Source: Haliotis cracherodii
Taxonomy: Eukaryota
Length of the DNA stretch: 64,000 bases
Assembly (NCBI RefSeq): GCF_022045235.1
Contig: NW_027266264.1
Location: forward strand, 66,526,001 to 66,590,000
Direction of reading: 5' to 3'
Below are positions 48,001 to 61,500 of this stretch, piece after piece; positions within the stretch are counted from its first letter, which is position 1, and each line of letters starts with the position of its first letter. The position numbers and the translations under genes were made by a program. The notes beneath the pieces are model-generated. The model had not been told where the DNA came from. It did not search any database and was given only the letters and a program-made list of their open reading frames with translations.

Positions 48001-50341
48001 AGGTCTAGAGAAATTCCTGTGACGATAATAGTTTTGAAACAAATGTAATGTAAACTATTGATGAAATCTGATTCTACCTTCCTTACGAACTACCTGTACT
48101 ATCTGTGTGTTAAATTTATTTCAGAAACACATACAACTCATCTTTCATATGAATTAATCATGTTAAAGGACTGATCTGTAGTTGTGGCCTTACATTTTCA
48201 ATTTGCCATCTCATAATAATAAAGTGTTAACAATTTCACTGCTTTAGAGGAGTAATGCATTTGTTTGCCTAAACATGTTAAAGGCACTAGTATCTCGACT
48301 TTACTTCTGGACACATAACCACATGGATGAAGAAACATACCCTTAGATTACCTTAAATTACCTTCCAGACTATACAATGTGTGAAGCCCATTTCTGGTGT
48401 CACCCATGATATTGCTTGAATATTGCTAAAAAGCGCTGTAAAAGTATTCTCACTCACTCACTTGAAGGATTAGTGAAACAGACATGCATGGGAATGGGGC
48501 TTACACACCTAAAAACATAATCAAGGTGACCTGGGAATCGAACCCACATTCATATGCTTCTGGCGTGTCCAAGGGGTGCAAGGTTATAGTTAATATAACT
48601 GACATAACAGCGGTGACAAAAAATACAATTTCAGAAAACTAAACAAACAAGTATCTGTGCTGAAGACATTACACAAGACCTACATGATTACATATGAATT
48701 GAGACCCGTGAACATTCCGGGGTAGAATAGGTCTTCAGCAACCCATGCTTGCCGTAAAAGGTGACTACGCTTGTCGTAAAAGGCGACTAACAGGATCGGG
48801 TGGTCAGCCTCGCTGACTTGGTTGGCATATGCCATTGATCCCAATTGCGTGGATCGATGCTCATGATATCAATCACTGGATTGTCTGGTCCAGACTCGAT
48901 TATTTTACAGACCACCGTCATATAGCTGGAAAATTGCTGAGTGCAGCGTTAAACAAAAAACAAACAAGTAAACATATGAATTGGTTTGATATGAAAAAAA
49001 TTCTGATTACGACCCGCCCTCATTAAAGAACTAAAGTGGTCTATCTTTAGAAATTCCCAATGAAACAAAAACAAAGGGGATAATGTAATAATGTAATGCA
49101 AATAAGGACTTTACTTCCGTTGTAGCCAGTCTTAGAAATGTTTGTTATTTAACAATGTTTGTTATTTAATGTCATTATTAGTCAGCTTGTATATAATTAA
49201 GTCTGAACCAAACAATCCAGTGACTGATATTATGAGCAATGGTACGCACCAGCATCAGGTTACACTGACACTCTATCAACCATGTCACCAAGCCTGACCA
49301 CCTGATCCATGGCACGAGGGAATGAATGCTGTTTTTAAGCCACAGTCAGCAATATCCCAGTGGCCTGAAAATAAGAGTATGGATCTGGCAAACCAGTCAC
49401 TAAGTTTGAGCAAATATAAGTTCCATCTGGGTACAATGACATTTAGTCAGTTCACAGAACCTGACTAACCAATGCTCGAATAATCGGCTCTTATGACAAG
49501 CACAAAGTCTGACCCAGAAATCACACCAGGATATAATTACCTGGTGTCAGGTACCTTAGTAGTAAAATATTTGACTCGTCCCAACCCTCCACCAATTCTA
49601 AAGTGATCGATATCGCAGTTCACTTTAATGGTACACAGATTTCCTAAACAATTAGCCGTATTCGACATAATTAGCGCCCATGGCGATATTTGCAAATATA
49701 CTGGCTAATGAACACTCCCAATTAGCACCCATTCCGATTGATAAATGTACACAAGACTGTTTATTCGTGCTTTATACATTTGTTATATGCACCCTTAATT
49801 AAGGGCAATTAAATTCTGGAAAATATATCTGTCGTATGTAAACATTTCAGCATAAACCACGAAATTTACGCTCTTTGAACTCTGTTGTTTTTCACCAAAA
49901 TAATATTCTAATAAGAGCCCCCTCTTTCTAATTTTGAGAGCGCCCTGTGCGCTTATTATGTTGAATACGGTAAGTGGATTCTCTTGTTCCCTTGTAACTG
50001 TAGTGAATATGTTCAATCCTGCAAAGAAGCTTTTCCTAGGTGTATTTTGACTGTGAAACATTCACAATAAGCGTCAAGAGAATCCCTTTTCAGTTTTACT
50101 TTCATGAATATATATTCCCCAACAGGGCCTGTTCTACTAACATAAGTAATTCTGCTCGAGTGCAGCTTAGGCACAAGAAGCAAACCATAGAGACTATGAG
50201 ACATGTGGAGTTCTCTTGTAGTAATAGTAACTAGCCAGTCACAAGTTATATAATTTTGTTTTTAATTTGTTTAGAATAATCATCAAGGCATACTGCTTTT
50301 GATGCCTTGCTAGCTGCTTGTCCTTTCTTCCCAGGTGGCAT
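45070..50341 (-). CDS. C15orf40: UPF0235 / DUF167 (YggU-like) protein, C15orf40 homolog, 124 aa
   Basis: Exons: 50341-50294 ([16 protein letters not shown]), 47056-46954 (…[17 protein letters not shown]), 46172-46045 ([43 protein letters not shown]), 45165-45070 ([11 protein letters not shown]…*). All GT-AG and in phase. AKPG, AAPPxEGEAN and GxKSRxK are the DUF167 signature motifs. Confidence 0.93.
45488..45841 (-). mobile_element. tRNA-derived SINE family D, V-SINE/RUDI-like (other copies 3030-3335 -, 31925-32118 -, 55266-55465 -, 56880-57380 + interrupted)
   Basis: tRNA head (GTGGTCTAGTGG…GGTTTGATCCC), body GTCATACCAAA…GATGGTACTTGTTG…GACTGGTCGGCTCGGAGTCAG…GCTAGCACTATAAA, internal (CA)n. 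14-bp TSD TGGAAAGAGAAAGG. Family name is from recalled similarity. Confidence 0.8.
47246..47942. mobile_element. MITE family E with ~70-bp TIRs (other copies 15332-15616 and ~63420-63739)
   Basis: CATCTTCCCGAGGCAAGGG… / …CCCTTGCCTCGGGAAGACG, 4-bp TSD TGAC. Contains a nested family A SINE. Confidence 0.8.
47663..47812 (-). mobile_element. tRNA-derived SINE family A (other copies ~582-665 -, 5545-5672 -, 48374-48460 +, 52002-52168 +, 53770-53845 +, 53880-54040 +, 54513-54598 +, 62850-62997 +)
   Basis: A box TAGCCTAGTGG, B box GGTTCGATTCC, (ACTC)n tail. TSD AATTCTGATTAGA here; TAGTCTTGA at 5545; TAAATCCAGG at 52002. Confidence 0.85.
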
Positions 50342-50680
50342 TTTAGGATAAACTCTGTGACTTGCTCTCATAAACATCACGTCGACTGCTTATGCTTAAA
50401 CTCCTATCAGCGTTTACCTCCAACCAAGCACGCTAACAGGTGTAGGGAATAGTACCTATTTCGCAATAAGGAGCTCCAAACAGTTTGGTTTCTGATTGTT
50501 GTTATCAAAAACATACGTGTTTATTACTGAATGTTTGTTATTACTAACATACGTTATTTTCATCCATGACCCTTTCATCCGTTTCTAGTTAACATTTGCA
50601 TAATAACATCGTTTGCACAGTCATAAAATTAATTACCACGTCCACCGACTTTACGACATAAATAACAGCTTATGTTAAAT
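50342..50680. promoter_or_regulatory. Putative bidirectional promoter between C15orf40 and NR2C2AP
   Basis: 339 bp between divergent ATGs, with no recognisable repeat. A YY1-like AAATATGGC overlaps the NR2C2AP start. Confidence 0.6.
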
Positions 50681-53431
50681 ATGGCTGCCTCCTTGTTGCA
50701 CGAGAAAACACAAATCAGGCATGTTGTTTTTTTTCCAGAACTTTCATCACACAAAAGTCTGATAGCATTTGAAATGATTGTTTTGGGGTCATTGTTTTCA
50801 TTAAAAGAAATATGTGAACGATTTGGTAAACATGACATTGACAAATGTTTGAGAAAGAGATGGGATTAGTCCAAGATTCACTTAAAGGATCAACCCTTGG
50901 CTTCGGAAACAGCTGAGAAAAGTATGGCAATGTACTGTGTAGTATTTACGGCGCACTTCTACATCTCCGATTGGCTGTAAAAAATAAATAAAATCAAAAT
51001 GCCAATCTCTTCCTAAATCAGTTAACTCAAAATATGTGTATCGTAGATATGTGTGAGTTAATAATTAAGTACTTTTATTCATGAACTTTGAATGTGGATT
51101 CCAGATTGAATTGCATTATGTATAAAATGGAATCTGGTACAGGAAAACCAGTAGTCAACAGCATGATCGAAACGCTTCAGGTTTGGTGGGATGTAGCCGA
51201 GATCAGCGATGGGGTCTGACAGTCTTGCCAGTTGGACCCCATCATGGCTCTCCGCCAGGTGGCATGATCACGATGATGATGTACAATCATCGTAGCTGTG
51301 AGCTGCGATAGGGCTCAGACTGTAGAGACATTAGGTCATGTATTGACTGTCAGACCCCATTGCAGCTCTTGGCTACAGTCATCTCAGTCACACATTGTAA
51401 ACACCTGATCCTCATTTAATACTTTTGGATAAATTCTGGGATATATTCTGTTTTGGAATCCCCATAGGGCTCTACAAAATGAACCAAAGATATACCTAAT
51501 AATCACTTACATATTAATGTACGGATAGACATTAAAATAAAATATAGATTTGGGAAGAAAATCAATTCTAGACTAAAAGCCTAGTTTGTTTGTTTATTGT
51601 TTACCACCACACTCAGCAATAGTCCAGTTTTGACAGTGTACAATTAACAAACATATCTATCATGACGTATTGACACCTGATCTTGTACATTAACATGATT
51701 AATTAAAACACATTTCTTTTCTCTTCCTATTTTCTAGGGTGAGCTCAGTTCTTAACCGAGATGTAAAGCAGTTTGGGAAGAAGTACCTGACAGATGAAGA
51801 GGAGGATACATGCTGGAACTCAGATCAGGTGCGGATTGAAGTCATGTTTGTGAGACTCCTGCTTTGATTTTTATTCAACTTGAAATACTATGTGCAGATA
51901 CATACACATTTTAAGGTTATATTTTGACACCAGGCAAAAGTATAAGAGTGTTTTGCATGCTAAATATCCTTTATGACCTTAGGGCTGTTAATAAATCCAG
52001 GGGCGATCAGATAGCCTAGTGGTTGAAGTGTTCGCTCGTCATGCCAAAGACCTGGGTTCCATTCCCGACATGGGTACCATGTGTGAAGCCCATTTCTGGT
52101 GTCCCCCGCCGTGATATTGCTGGAATGTTGCTATGTTGTAAAAGCGGCGTATAACCGTACTCACTCACTATTAAATCCAGGTTGCTCTGAGTCTTTTTTT
52201 CATGTATATATCCAGGGTGGTGGAAGTGGTTTAAGTGTTCTTCATGGTTTTGATTTCTCACAGCCGTGATGTGGCTTGAGTATTGCTAGAAGCTGTGTAA
52301 AACCTAAACTTGTTCACTCATTTATTTTCTAATTATAGTGATCAAACTGATTACATATTACACACACCAAACACGATCTCATGATTAAGTGGACTTTGGG
52401 GGTTAAAGCCAATATAATAAGTAAATGAATCAGATTTGTACATCAACATGATTAATGATATGTTCTATTCTGTTTATACCAATGCCATGCCATAACTAAA
52501 ATACTGCTCAAATCAGTGTTCAACTTCATCACTGTCATACATTGATAAAGAAATATTTGTCAGTACTTTCTCACTTTTACCACAGTGTACATTTCATTTA
52601 ATGATAAACTTCCACTTCATCATTCATGGAGAAAACATAAATTGTGTGCACAATAAATTCCCAGTGATAACTCGCTAACTTTTGATAGTTTAACCAAGCA
52701 ATGGTTTCATTAGACAATCCTTATTTACTGCTGACAGGGCTGTCCACAGTGGATTCTGGTGGACTTTCACCGTGATGTGAAGGTGAAGGACATTCAACTT
52801 CAGTTTCAAGGCGGGTTTGCTGGCAAGGAATGCTGGGTTGAGTCAGGGAAGGAGGCAGTTCATATGAGCAAGACGGCAGACTTTTACCCTGAAGATATCA
52901 ACTCACTGCAGGTAATTAGCTTCAGGAATCGTAACTCACTTTGGCTGAACAATTATGTTATCTTGTTATGGTCCAATCAGTGTTCGAAATAAGCACCTGC
53001 CAGTAGGCAAGTGGCAGGTAGATCTCATTTCGGGTTAGTTATTTTAAATTTAAATGGATCCTTATGGCCTGCAGTAAATTTACCTGTAGATTTATTTGTC
53101 ACAATAAGCTGCAGTTCTTTTAAATTAGGGCCTGAAGAGTTTAGTCAGGGCCTGCAGCTTCTAAAGTCTGTGGTTCCTGAATTCATCATGGCAATGTTCA
53201 TCATGATGTTGCAAATGTATTGGAAATATCAAGTTTGCTACAGAGATTCATGGCTCTTTTCCTTTTGATTCAGTGTGTTGACAGAAAAAAATGTATGTTC
53301 TTTTTTTGCAGACATTCACACTGTCAGAGGAGCCTGTTGCCACAGTAATGAGAATCATTTTTAACAGCAGCACTGATTTCTTTGGTCGTATAACTCTATA
53401 CAAACTGGACATCCTGGGTGAACCATCCTGA
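50681..53431 (+). CDS. NR2C2AP: Nuclear receptor 2C2-associated protein (TRA16), 140 aa
   Basis: Exons: 50681-50718 (MAASLLHEKTQIR, GC donor), 51738-51828 (VSSVLNRDVKQFGKKYLTDEEEDTCWNSDQ), 52738-52911 (GCPQWILVDF…QFQGGF…DFYPEDINSLQ), 53312-53431 (TFT…STDFFGRITLYKLDILGEPS*). Collinear with the human protein as I recall it (RVSSVLNR, TCWNSDQG, QFQGGF, DFYPED, TDFFGR). Confidence 0.93.
51194..51375. mobile_element. Foldback MITE with TAG…CTA ends (related 70-bp hairpin at 62431-62500)
   Basis: TAGCCGAGATCAGCGATGGGGTCTGACAGTC / GACTGTCAGACCCCATTGCAGCTCTTGGCTA. Confidence 0.65.
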
Positions 53432-54794
53432 CATAAGGGAGACTACTCAAAGTTTCACGGAGACCAACAATGTTATTAGTCAAGATAAGGGAGATAACTC
53501 AAAGCTTCTCTACAAGGTGAACCATCCTGACACTATGTGGAACCTGAGGTACAGGAGCTAGGCATTACAAGCGAGGCAACAGACAACGCAGGACAGGGTG
53601 GAATGGCGGAGTGGACACAGAGACTGAGGGAACTCCCTGAAGCTCATCACAGCTGTATTTCTAGTTGCCGTCTACTGAAATATCTGCTTGGAAGAGTATC
53701 ATCATTTTATATGGTGTACCTTGTAAGCTGAGCCAGTGATGCAAGAGCTGATTGTTACTAAATGGTTCTGGGTCAGTAGGTAGCCTTGCTTGTAATGCTG
53801 AAGACCCAGGTTTGATTCCCCACATGGATCCAATGTGTGAAGCTCACTTGGTAGATGCATGTCATCGTATCTCAATTGGGTCAGTGGGGTAGCCTAGTGG
53901 TTTAAGCATTCGCTCATCACGCCGAAGACCCAGGTTGGATTCCCCACATGGGTACAATGTGTGAAGCCCATTTCTCGGGTACCCCACTGCCATATTGCTG
54001 GAATATTGCTAAAAGCAGCGTAAAACCATATTCACTCACTCGTATCCCAATTTCATAGATAGATATATATTTATTTTATTTTTTAAATTCATTTTTTCAA
54101 TTCATTTTTATGGGAAGTCCTCAGTTCTTTGTTTAGCGCAGCGAGAACTTAGATCTGATTTTAATGAGATTGGCAACATGGCCATGTTTCATCAACTTAT
54201 ACCCTTAGCTACATTCAGTCCTGATGAGTTCTCTTGTGCATGGTTATCCCTGAGGAATCTTCAGACAAGTAGTACATTATCTTTAACTTGTTGAAGGTTT
54301 CCTAACATGTAATGTTACTTTAAATTGTAAGCATGGTAAGTGCTACAAAGCTGTCATATGTTATATGTTAAATAATAAAACATGCATACATAGGAGACTG
54401 TTGGTTGTTTTTATCCTCCATTCCACTGTTTAAAGCACACCAGCCACACGACACCCATCTTTTCACGGTCGGAAGGTCAGGGGTTCGATCCCCAGGCATG
54501 TTAAAAAGGGGCAGTGGGGTAGCCTAGTGGTTTAAGTGTTCACTCGTCATGATATTGCTGGAATATTGCTAAAAATGGCATAAAACAATATTCACTCATG
54601 TCAAAAGACATTAAAAGAAAGCAGTTGAAAAGACGTCACCTATCCCGACCCTAATACATCATCTAACAACGGGCGTGTAAATGGCCCGTCATCAAGCAAT
54701 ATGAGGGTATTATCAAGTTACAGTGGCCTGCTGATTTCTGATAACATGCAGGCGGTTTAATGATAATTCTATCCATTTTAGCCATAATGAACAA

Positions 54795-54900
54795 ATAAAA
54801 GTTATGGATTATGAATATTTTTGTCGCTATTTTTATGAAATTGTGCGCTCAGTATTCACAACAAATTATCCTTAAATATATTCATGATCCATAACCCTTT
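54795..54900. repeat. Imperfect inverted repeat, probable MITE remnant
   Basis: GTTATGGATTATGAATATTT / AAATATATTCATGATCCATAAC. Confidence 0.5.
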
Positions 54901-55505
54901 CTTGTTCAGTATATATCGTCAATAATTGTTCAATATCATAATCATTGTGACAATCTTATTACCCAACACGTTCACCTGGGAATTATATTACTATTTGTAA
55001 CCCCAAGACTTTAGTTTGTAACAGTATTTCCACAGGAAGCATGTGTTTAATTAGAAAGTCAGGATGTTTCTACAAACCTCAGATACTGTAGTGCTAACTC
55101 TCTGTATATTGACAAAATATGAATATTGCAGGAAAGGTTTAAACTGTGTGCATCCAGACCTGGAAGCCTTGCATTATTCAAAAACGGTACTTATATACAT
55201 ATGAAGGTACAACACATTGTGTACACACTTGGTTATTAAAGGGGTTTCACTGTACTGTGGAAAGAGGTGAGTTGAAATAGGATTTAATGGAGCTGTCAAG
55301 ATTACTGCACTTATACATGCATGTGTGTGTGTGGCTGCTTCTACTAGTCCGGACTAAGTCCAGTGAGATACCATGCCGCAGCTTAGCATGAATACCTCAC
55401 TCAGTATACTGACTCCAAGTCAGCTAGCTCTTGTTTTACCCTCTTAAGCACCAGGCTGGGAAAGGAAGACCTCGGGTTTCTACAAATGATAGCATTACCC
55501 TTATA

Positions 55506-55583
55506 GTGTGTGTGTGTGTGTGTGTGTGTATATTTTTTCTCTCCGACGTTATGATGATGATGATGATTATATATATATATATA
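55506..55583. repeat. Compound microsatellite (TG)n-(ATG)n-(TA)n; other (TG)/(CA) tracts at 3095-3126 and 4127-4142
   Basis: Read directly from the sequence. Confidence 0.9.
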
Positions 55584-58500
55584 TTCTGTCTGACGTTATG
55601 AAGATCCGGGATAGAATAGGTCTTCAGCAACCCATGCTTGCCTTAAAAGGCTACTAACAGGTTCGGGTGGTCAGGCTGGTTGACTAGGTTGATGCATGTC
55701 ATTGATCCCAAGTACCTGGATCGATGCTCATGATGTCAACAACTGGATTGCCTGGTCCAGACTCGATTATTTACAGACCGCTGTCATATATTTGGAATAT
55801 TGCTGAGTGCGGCGTTAAACCAACCAACCAACCAACCGACGGTATGCCTTTAAGACGGACCTGTCACCAAGGGGGGTAACTCCAAGGCTCGTTGCGCGTT
55901 GCCGTCGATGTCCTAATCGTGGGTTGCTCCCCTTAGGCCATACTTGAACCTCTTCTGACGGTCGTAGAATTATTTACGGGACGCTTCAATTATCTTAATA
56001 ATCATGTCAGTTTGTGAGCAACCAAGCTACGAAAAAATGGGCACAAAAAATATGAATGGCAATGGAAACTTTTCTGTTATTCATTCAGTAGATTTAGACA
56101 ATGGTTTGACGGATTATGGATAAAGCGATCCCAAGGAAAAAGAAATGCGACGTGGTTAAATACACAATCTTCGATTTCTTTTATATTCGTTGTCGGTTTA
56201 TTTAACCGGGACGTGTTCACCAACTTGGGGACGTTTTAGCCAGCACACGTCTGGACAAACGGGACATATATGGGTGACTCAAGTGGTGTACGCGCAACCA
56301 ACCAACTTGCACGTTTTCCATTTTCCTATTTAGCTCAGACCGTGTGAAACGATCAGTTCAGCTAAACACTACTCACGGCCGTGCGACATTTTCCGGATTT
56401 CATGGATTTCGTTAACGTGGAAAGAAATTATATCAAACGCCGACTGGCAATTTGCAACATTTCACACGCCTCCAACATCAATCTGATGCTAGCGCAGCTC
56501 TGTAACGCATGAACATCGATGTGATACAACTGAGACTTGTTCATCCGGACGCTTTCAAAGTAGAAACAAAAATTTAGTCTGACACAAGTCATAAAACTGA
56601 TAATTCGATCGATGTTTTTTTTTTACCTGAGCAGTTTTGATGGAGAAATTATATGTAGCGTTATCATAAGTGACCTTGCAGACCTAGCTGTTGCTGTTAA
56701 AACCTGAGACCCCAAAGTTCGAAACGAATCTAAATATCAAGAAGTGTATACATACGTTTTCAGGATATAAAAAGGATTTGCCTTTATATTGACGTCCTTG
56801 GAATATGATCTTGTGTGTAGGCAATTATTTATATACACAAAGTTGAGCACTACTCAAACATATCGTTTGGAAATCGACCGCTACCGTGGTCTATACCATG
56901 CAGATAGTTTGTTGGATGGTTTGTTGTTTAACGCCGCACTCAGCAATATTCCAGCTTTATGACGGCGGTCTGTAAATAATCGAGTCTGGACCAGACAATC
57001 CAGTGATTAATATCATGAGCATCGATCCACGCCATCGGTATCGATGCCTTTTCTCAACCAAGTCAGCGAGGCTGACCACCCGATCCTGTTAGTCGCCATT
57101 TACGACAAGCATAATCGCCTTTTATGGCAAGCATGGGTTGCTGAGGACCTATTCTTCCCCGGATCTTCACGGGTCACCTTGCAGATAGAGAGCGTCTGCC
57201 CGGAAGGTCGGTAGTTTGATCCCCGGGCACTTCATACCAAACGACATTGAAAGAATGTACTTATTGTTACCCTGTCTGGCGCTCAGCATTAAGGGTCTAA
57301 AACAAGGACTGGTCGGCTCGGAGTCGGTATACTGTGTCTGAGTGGGGTAGTCATGTTAAGCGGCATGGTATCTCAGTGGGGTCACATCGCCTTTTGGAAA
57401 TGTCGACATATGGCATTGTCAGAATTTTCAAACATGTCTAAACCACTGCAAATACTTGATAAATAATTGGTGTAAGAATTGTATTGTCAACTAATTATTG
57501 CCATGACTGTTATAAAATATGTCATTTACTATCTCAACGTAGATTAGATACCTGTATCAATTACATTTGATAGCCTTAGGTTTCGAATTTATAAAAAAAA
57601 AAAATGCATATAGGTAAAACATCGAAATTCGGATTTTCTAAATTGAAAAAAAGCAAATGGTTTATCTCCATTCTACCACAACACAATGATTTAGTAGATT
57701 CCAGGTGTAAATATTTAAAGATGCATAATCGTATTTGAACACGACGGTTTATAGCTTCTTGTACGGAGACGCCGTAAAACAACATTCGCTTACGGACATC
57801 ACCAAAAGTAAATAGTTATTAAGAAATTAATCAAGTTCAAAGGCAAGTCTAAGATGAGGAATATTACCTTCGACAAATGAGTTCGTTTCAGGTTAATCCA
57901 GGGGAGATTCATTGGCTTTGATGTTTATGTATGAATTGCCATTGAAAAACTCATTCAAATTTTGCTGTTTCTTTGATGCACCAGTTACTCATAGGTTGTA
58001 AAAACTCAGCTAAACAATTCAACAGTGTCAAAGACAAATTGTTTTCAATTTTTGAAAAAATACCTGTTTACAGGGACGTGCTGGGTGGGTGTTTTTTCCC
58101 AATTCACAGTTGGCCTTTACATGCCAGTGCACAATTGGAAGACTGTTTTTTAAAATAGAAATAATATGCGTGTAAACAAAACATTATCGTCCATTAATCA
58201 CATTGTTATCTTGGGGTGTTCTTCACAACGCAAATTTTATTAGGAAAGGCAGATTTTCAGGCTACACAAGAGGTATGTTATATACATTTACTGTAATTGA
58301 TCTGGTATTGTAGTCTTGCAACACCAGACTGCTGAATAAATATTATGAGCTTAAACTTTTTATTATTAACTAAAGAGTATTTCCAAGAAAAATAAAATAA
58401 AATAGAATATCAGTGTGAACTGAAACCATAACGAATGATCTTGCTAAACGTTACAAAACACCAAAAAGAGATGCGTTCAGCTAATTAACCAATCATTTTG

Positions 58501-61500
58501 GAATAATATTCAGATGGAATCCCATCTGATTAAACACCAAGGCTGAGTCATCTGGGAAAGTAACAGGATCGCAATTCACAGTGCCGTTATTCAGCAGCAT
58601 AATTGTCTCGGTGCTCGTGTTCTTCAACACAGAAATACACTAGACTTTAAATCGACTTGTGGAATGGCCGCTGTGATTAAATCCTCGTTCGCGCGAGGGT
58701 TGATTGGATTGACGTCGTACAGGAAGCGGACAAGAGACAAAAACAAACGTTGTTTAATTGTATACCAGGCTAAAACATCAATTCCAGTCTCAAGTCAGTA
58801 TGCTGACTTCGGTGGATTATCTTTATACATTTTCTTTGTCTTCGGTTCTGAAACTTTGAAGTTAGCATTGTTGCCCGACAAAGGACATGCCCTATAGTAA
58901 GCGTGTCCTCTTGCCACACAGAACGTGACTGTGATCAAGTATATCTGTATATCAATATCAATATCAAGTATATGTCCTGTATATCAACTAGAATACACAA
59001 ACAGTTTGAGGAGAAGACAAACTCGACATTCTCAACGCTAGAATCCAAACTCACCATGTACTTGTTCCATAACGCTATTTATCAAAAGTGTGGAATTTCT
59101 GTCGGTTTGTTTAAAATGTCTCCATCATTTTATGAAAAACTCCATTGGCCCTTTCCATTTGTTCTTGAGTATATATACTATGCACGTGCGGTCGAGTATA
59201 TCTCTATCTTGTCTCAAATGAAGGAGAATAGTTTGTGGATATTGGTGTTGTACGCCGCAGTCAGCTCTATCGTCTATAATACCTCTACACAGCTTGGATG
59301 TAAGCGTTACCGAGTCTTGGCCAGTGACGCCGTCAGGATGACACACACTAAACCATATATACCCGATCAACATTTTGGTGGCTTCTTACAACCAGGCAGT
59401 GGGTACTTGGGACCTGTTCTGTCCAAGAATCCACACGGGGAGACAAGCGTGGGGTACTGTTTCTTTGTTTCTTTGTTGTGTCTCGCCCCATCAGCAATAT
59501 TCCAGCTATATGACGGGGGTCTGTATGTAATCGAGTCTGGACAAGACAATCTAGTGATTGACATCATGAGACTCAATCCACGCAGTTGGAATACGATAAC
59601 ATGCATCAAACAAGTCAGCGAGCCTGACCACTCGGTCCCGTTATAATCACCTCTTACGACAGACAGACATAGTCGCCTTTTAAGGCAAGAACGGGTTGTT
59701 GAAGACCTATTTTATCCCGGATCTTCACGGGTCGCACGGTTTACTGGGTACCTGTTCTGTCCCAGAATCCACACAGAGAGACATGCTTGGGGTACTGTGT
59801 ATGTGTTCTTTCGGTTCATAATCGGATCGTATCTCTGATTCGAACCAAGAACCAGCGTATCCTGCTCGGAAAGGGAAGTAATCCTGCACAGGTCATCACG
59901 CCCGTTTCCAAGAAATGACAATGTATATTTGCCTTACGATTTTCATGAGTGAGTGGGTATGATTTTCCACCACAGTATTTTAGTCATATCACGGCGAGTT
60001 TGAACCGAGGCAGGTTGTTGTAAATGATCAGGGGAGCCTGGTACTCCTAAGGGACGCAACTGTGTACAGCTAACGGCGGCGCCTTCGAAGACTGTAGGAT
60101 ACCTACGTCATCCAGCGTTTTTCAGTATTAACACATGAACATTGGAGGTCTTAGCTGTGGGCTTCCGCACGTAGCACCTTTTTCTAAATTTGCCACATCG
60201 TCGAAAAGGTTCACTTTTAGGAGGTGGCATGGTCATTGTGCTCAAAGCACGTGTGCATCGTGTGTTTCTTGTTGGATATTTTCAGTTCTGCACGTGCATG
60301 AAGATGGATTGCGTTACGTAACGGTTGTGCCAAACAGATTAAATCCAACGGCTTCTCGACATTTCTCGTAGGGTTGTTTTTCACTTTGGTATTTGGTTTG
60401 AGGTAATATTTAGCAATATCAAGGATGAAATGTGTTACTGGTGTTGTAGCAGGGAGCAGGAACTGTCACAACCGTAGTCATCTGGCCAAGACGATATCAT
60501 GCTGTGGAATACCGGGCCATGTTGGTATTGTTTACGTGTTATTAATGTTTATAGACCGATGCTGCAGCTGTATTCGCCCAGCTGTTTAACCATAGTTATT
60601 GTTGCGATTTGATTCAGACACACAGTAGTAATAAACAACAGGTTCTACACCAACATTTTGCTATTTGATATCGACTTGAGCAGTCTTTTTATGTGGATTT
60701 TTATTGAAGGCAGCGGTACATGGTTTCAGTGCCAATTCATTCTCGTGCTGCCCTGTGGCAGTCTATCAATAGATTGAAAAAATAAATTAGAAATTAATGG
60801 AATTACTTATTTTGTCTTCAGTTAATTAATGCTAAGACAAAGTAGTTGGTAAACTACATGCAGACATTAATGGAATTTGGTGGGGGAATAAAAATCCTGA
60901 AAGCTTATTTTGCAGCGCCGAGTCCCTCCTGGAGGATTTGATGTAGTGTCTTTCCATTCTGTTACGACGATAGACGAGAAAGGATAGAGGCTCTTTCTTT
61001 ATCAGAGGATCTGTTTGATTGAAGTACTGAGCTGAAATGTTTGAAAGATAACCGATGTTTTCATATGAATGAAAACTAGACTTTGTTTATGTCAACAACT
61101 GCATGCTTGGGACTTATGACAACACAAAATGCATTTTCAGTGGAAGTTCATAATATCAGCGATTTACACATATGTTAGCCATTCTTATATATTTGATTAT
61201 GTCATAAGTTTTCAGACATTTGGACATCGTGATCATTTTCATACCAATATTTTGAAAGTTTAGCTCATTTTTAAAACTTGCCACTTTCAGTAGGCCTTTA
61301 AATGGACAATGTCCTAGTTCTCCCTTTATCATTATAGAATGGAAATGTATATTACATAACGAGAGGAACCAGAGTCTCTCAGTCAAATAGGCTGTCTGTC
61401 TGGCTTACCTCTAGCCAATGGCTGTAGAATAAGATATCTCGGTAAGGTCTTTCGTTTTTGTCATTAAACCAATAACAAGTTCCTGAAGAATCATCACTTA

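Noticed and set aside
52002-52075. tRNA genes at SINE heads (also 8401, 24814, 45770-45841, 53886)
   Set aside because: They continue into SINE bodies with tails and TSDs, and the acceptor stems are imperfect.
54220-54270. CTGATGAG hammerhead core
   Set aside because: No stem II or GAAA at a suitable distance.
58903-59646. 247-aa ORF
   Set aside because: GTG start, no motif, and the last quarter is antisense SINE family C; probably chance.
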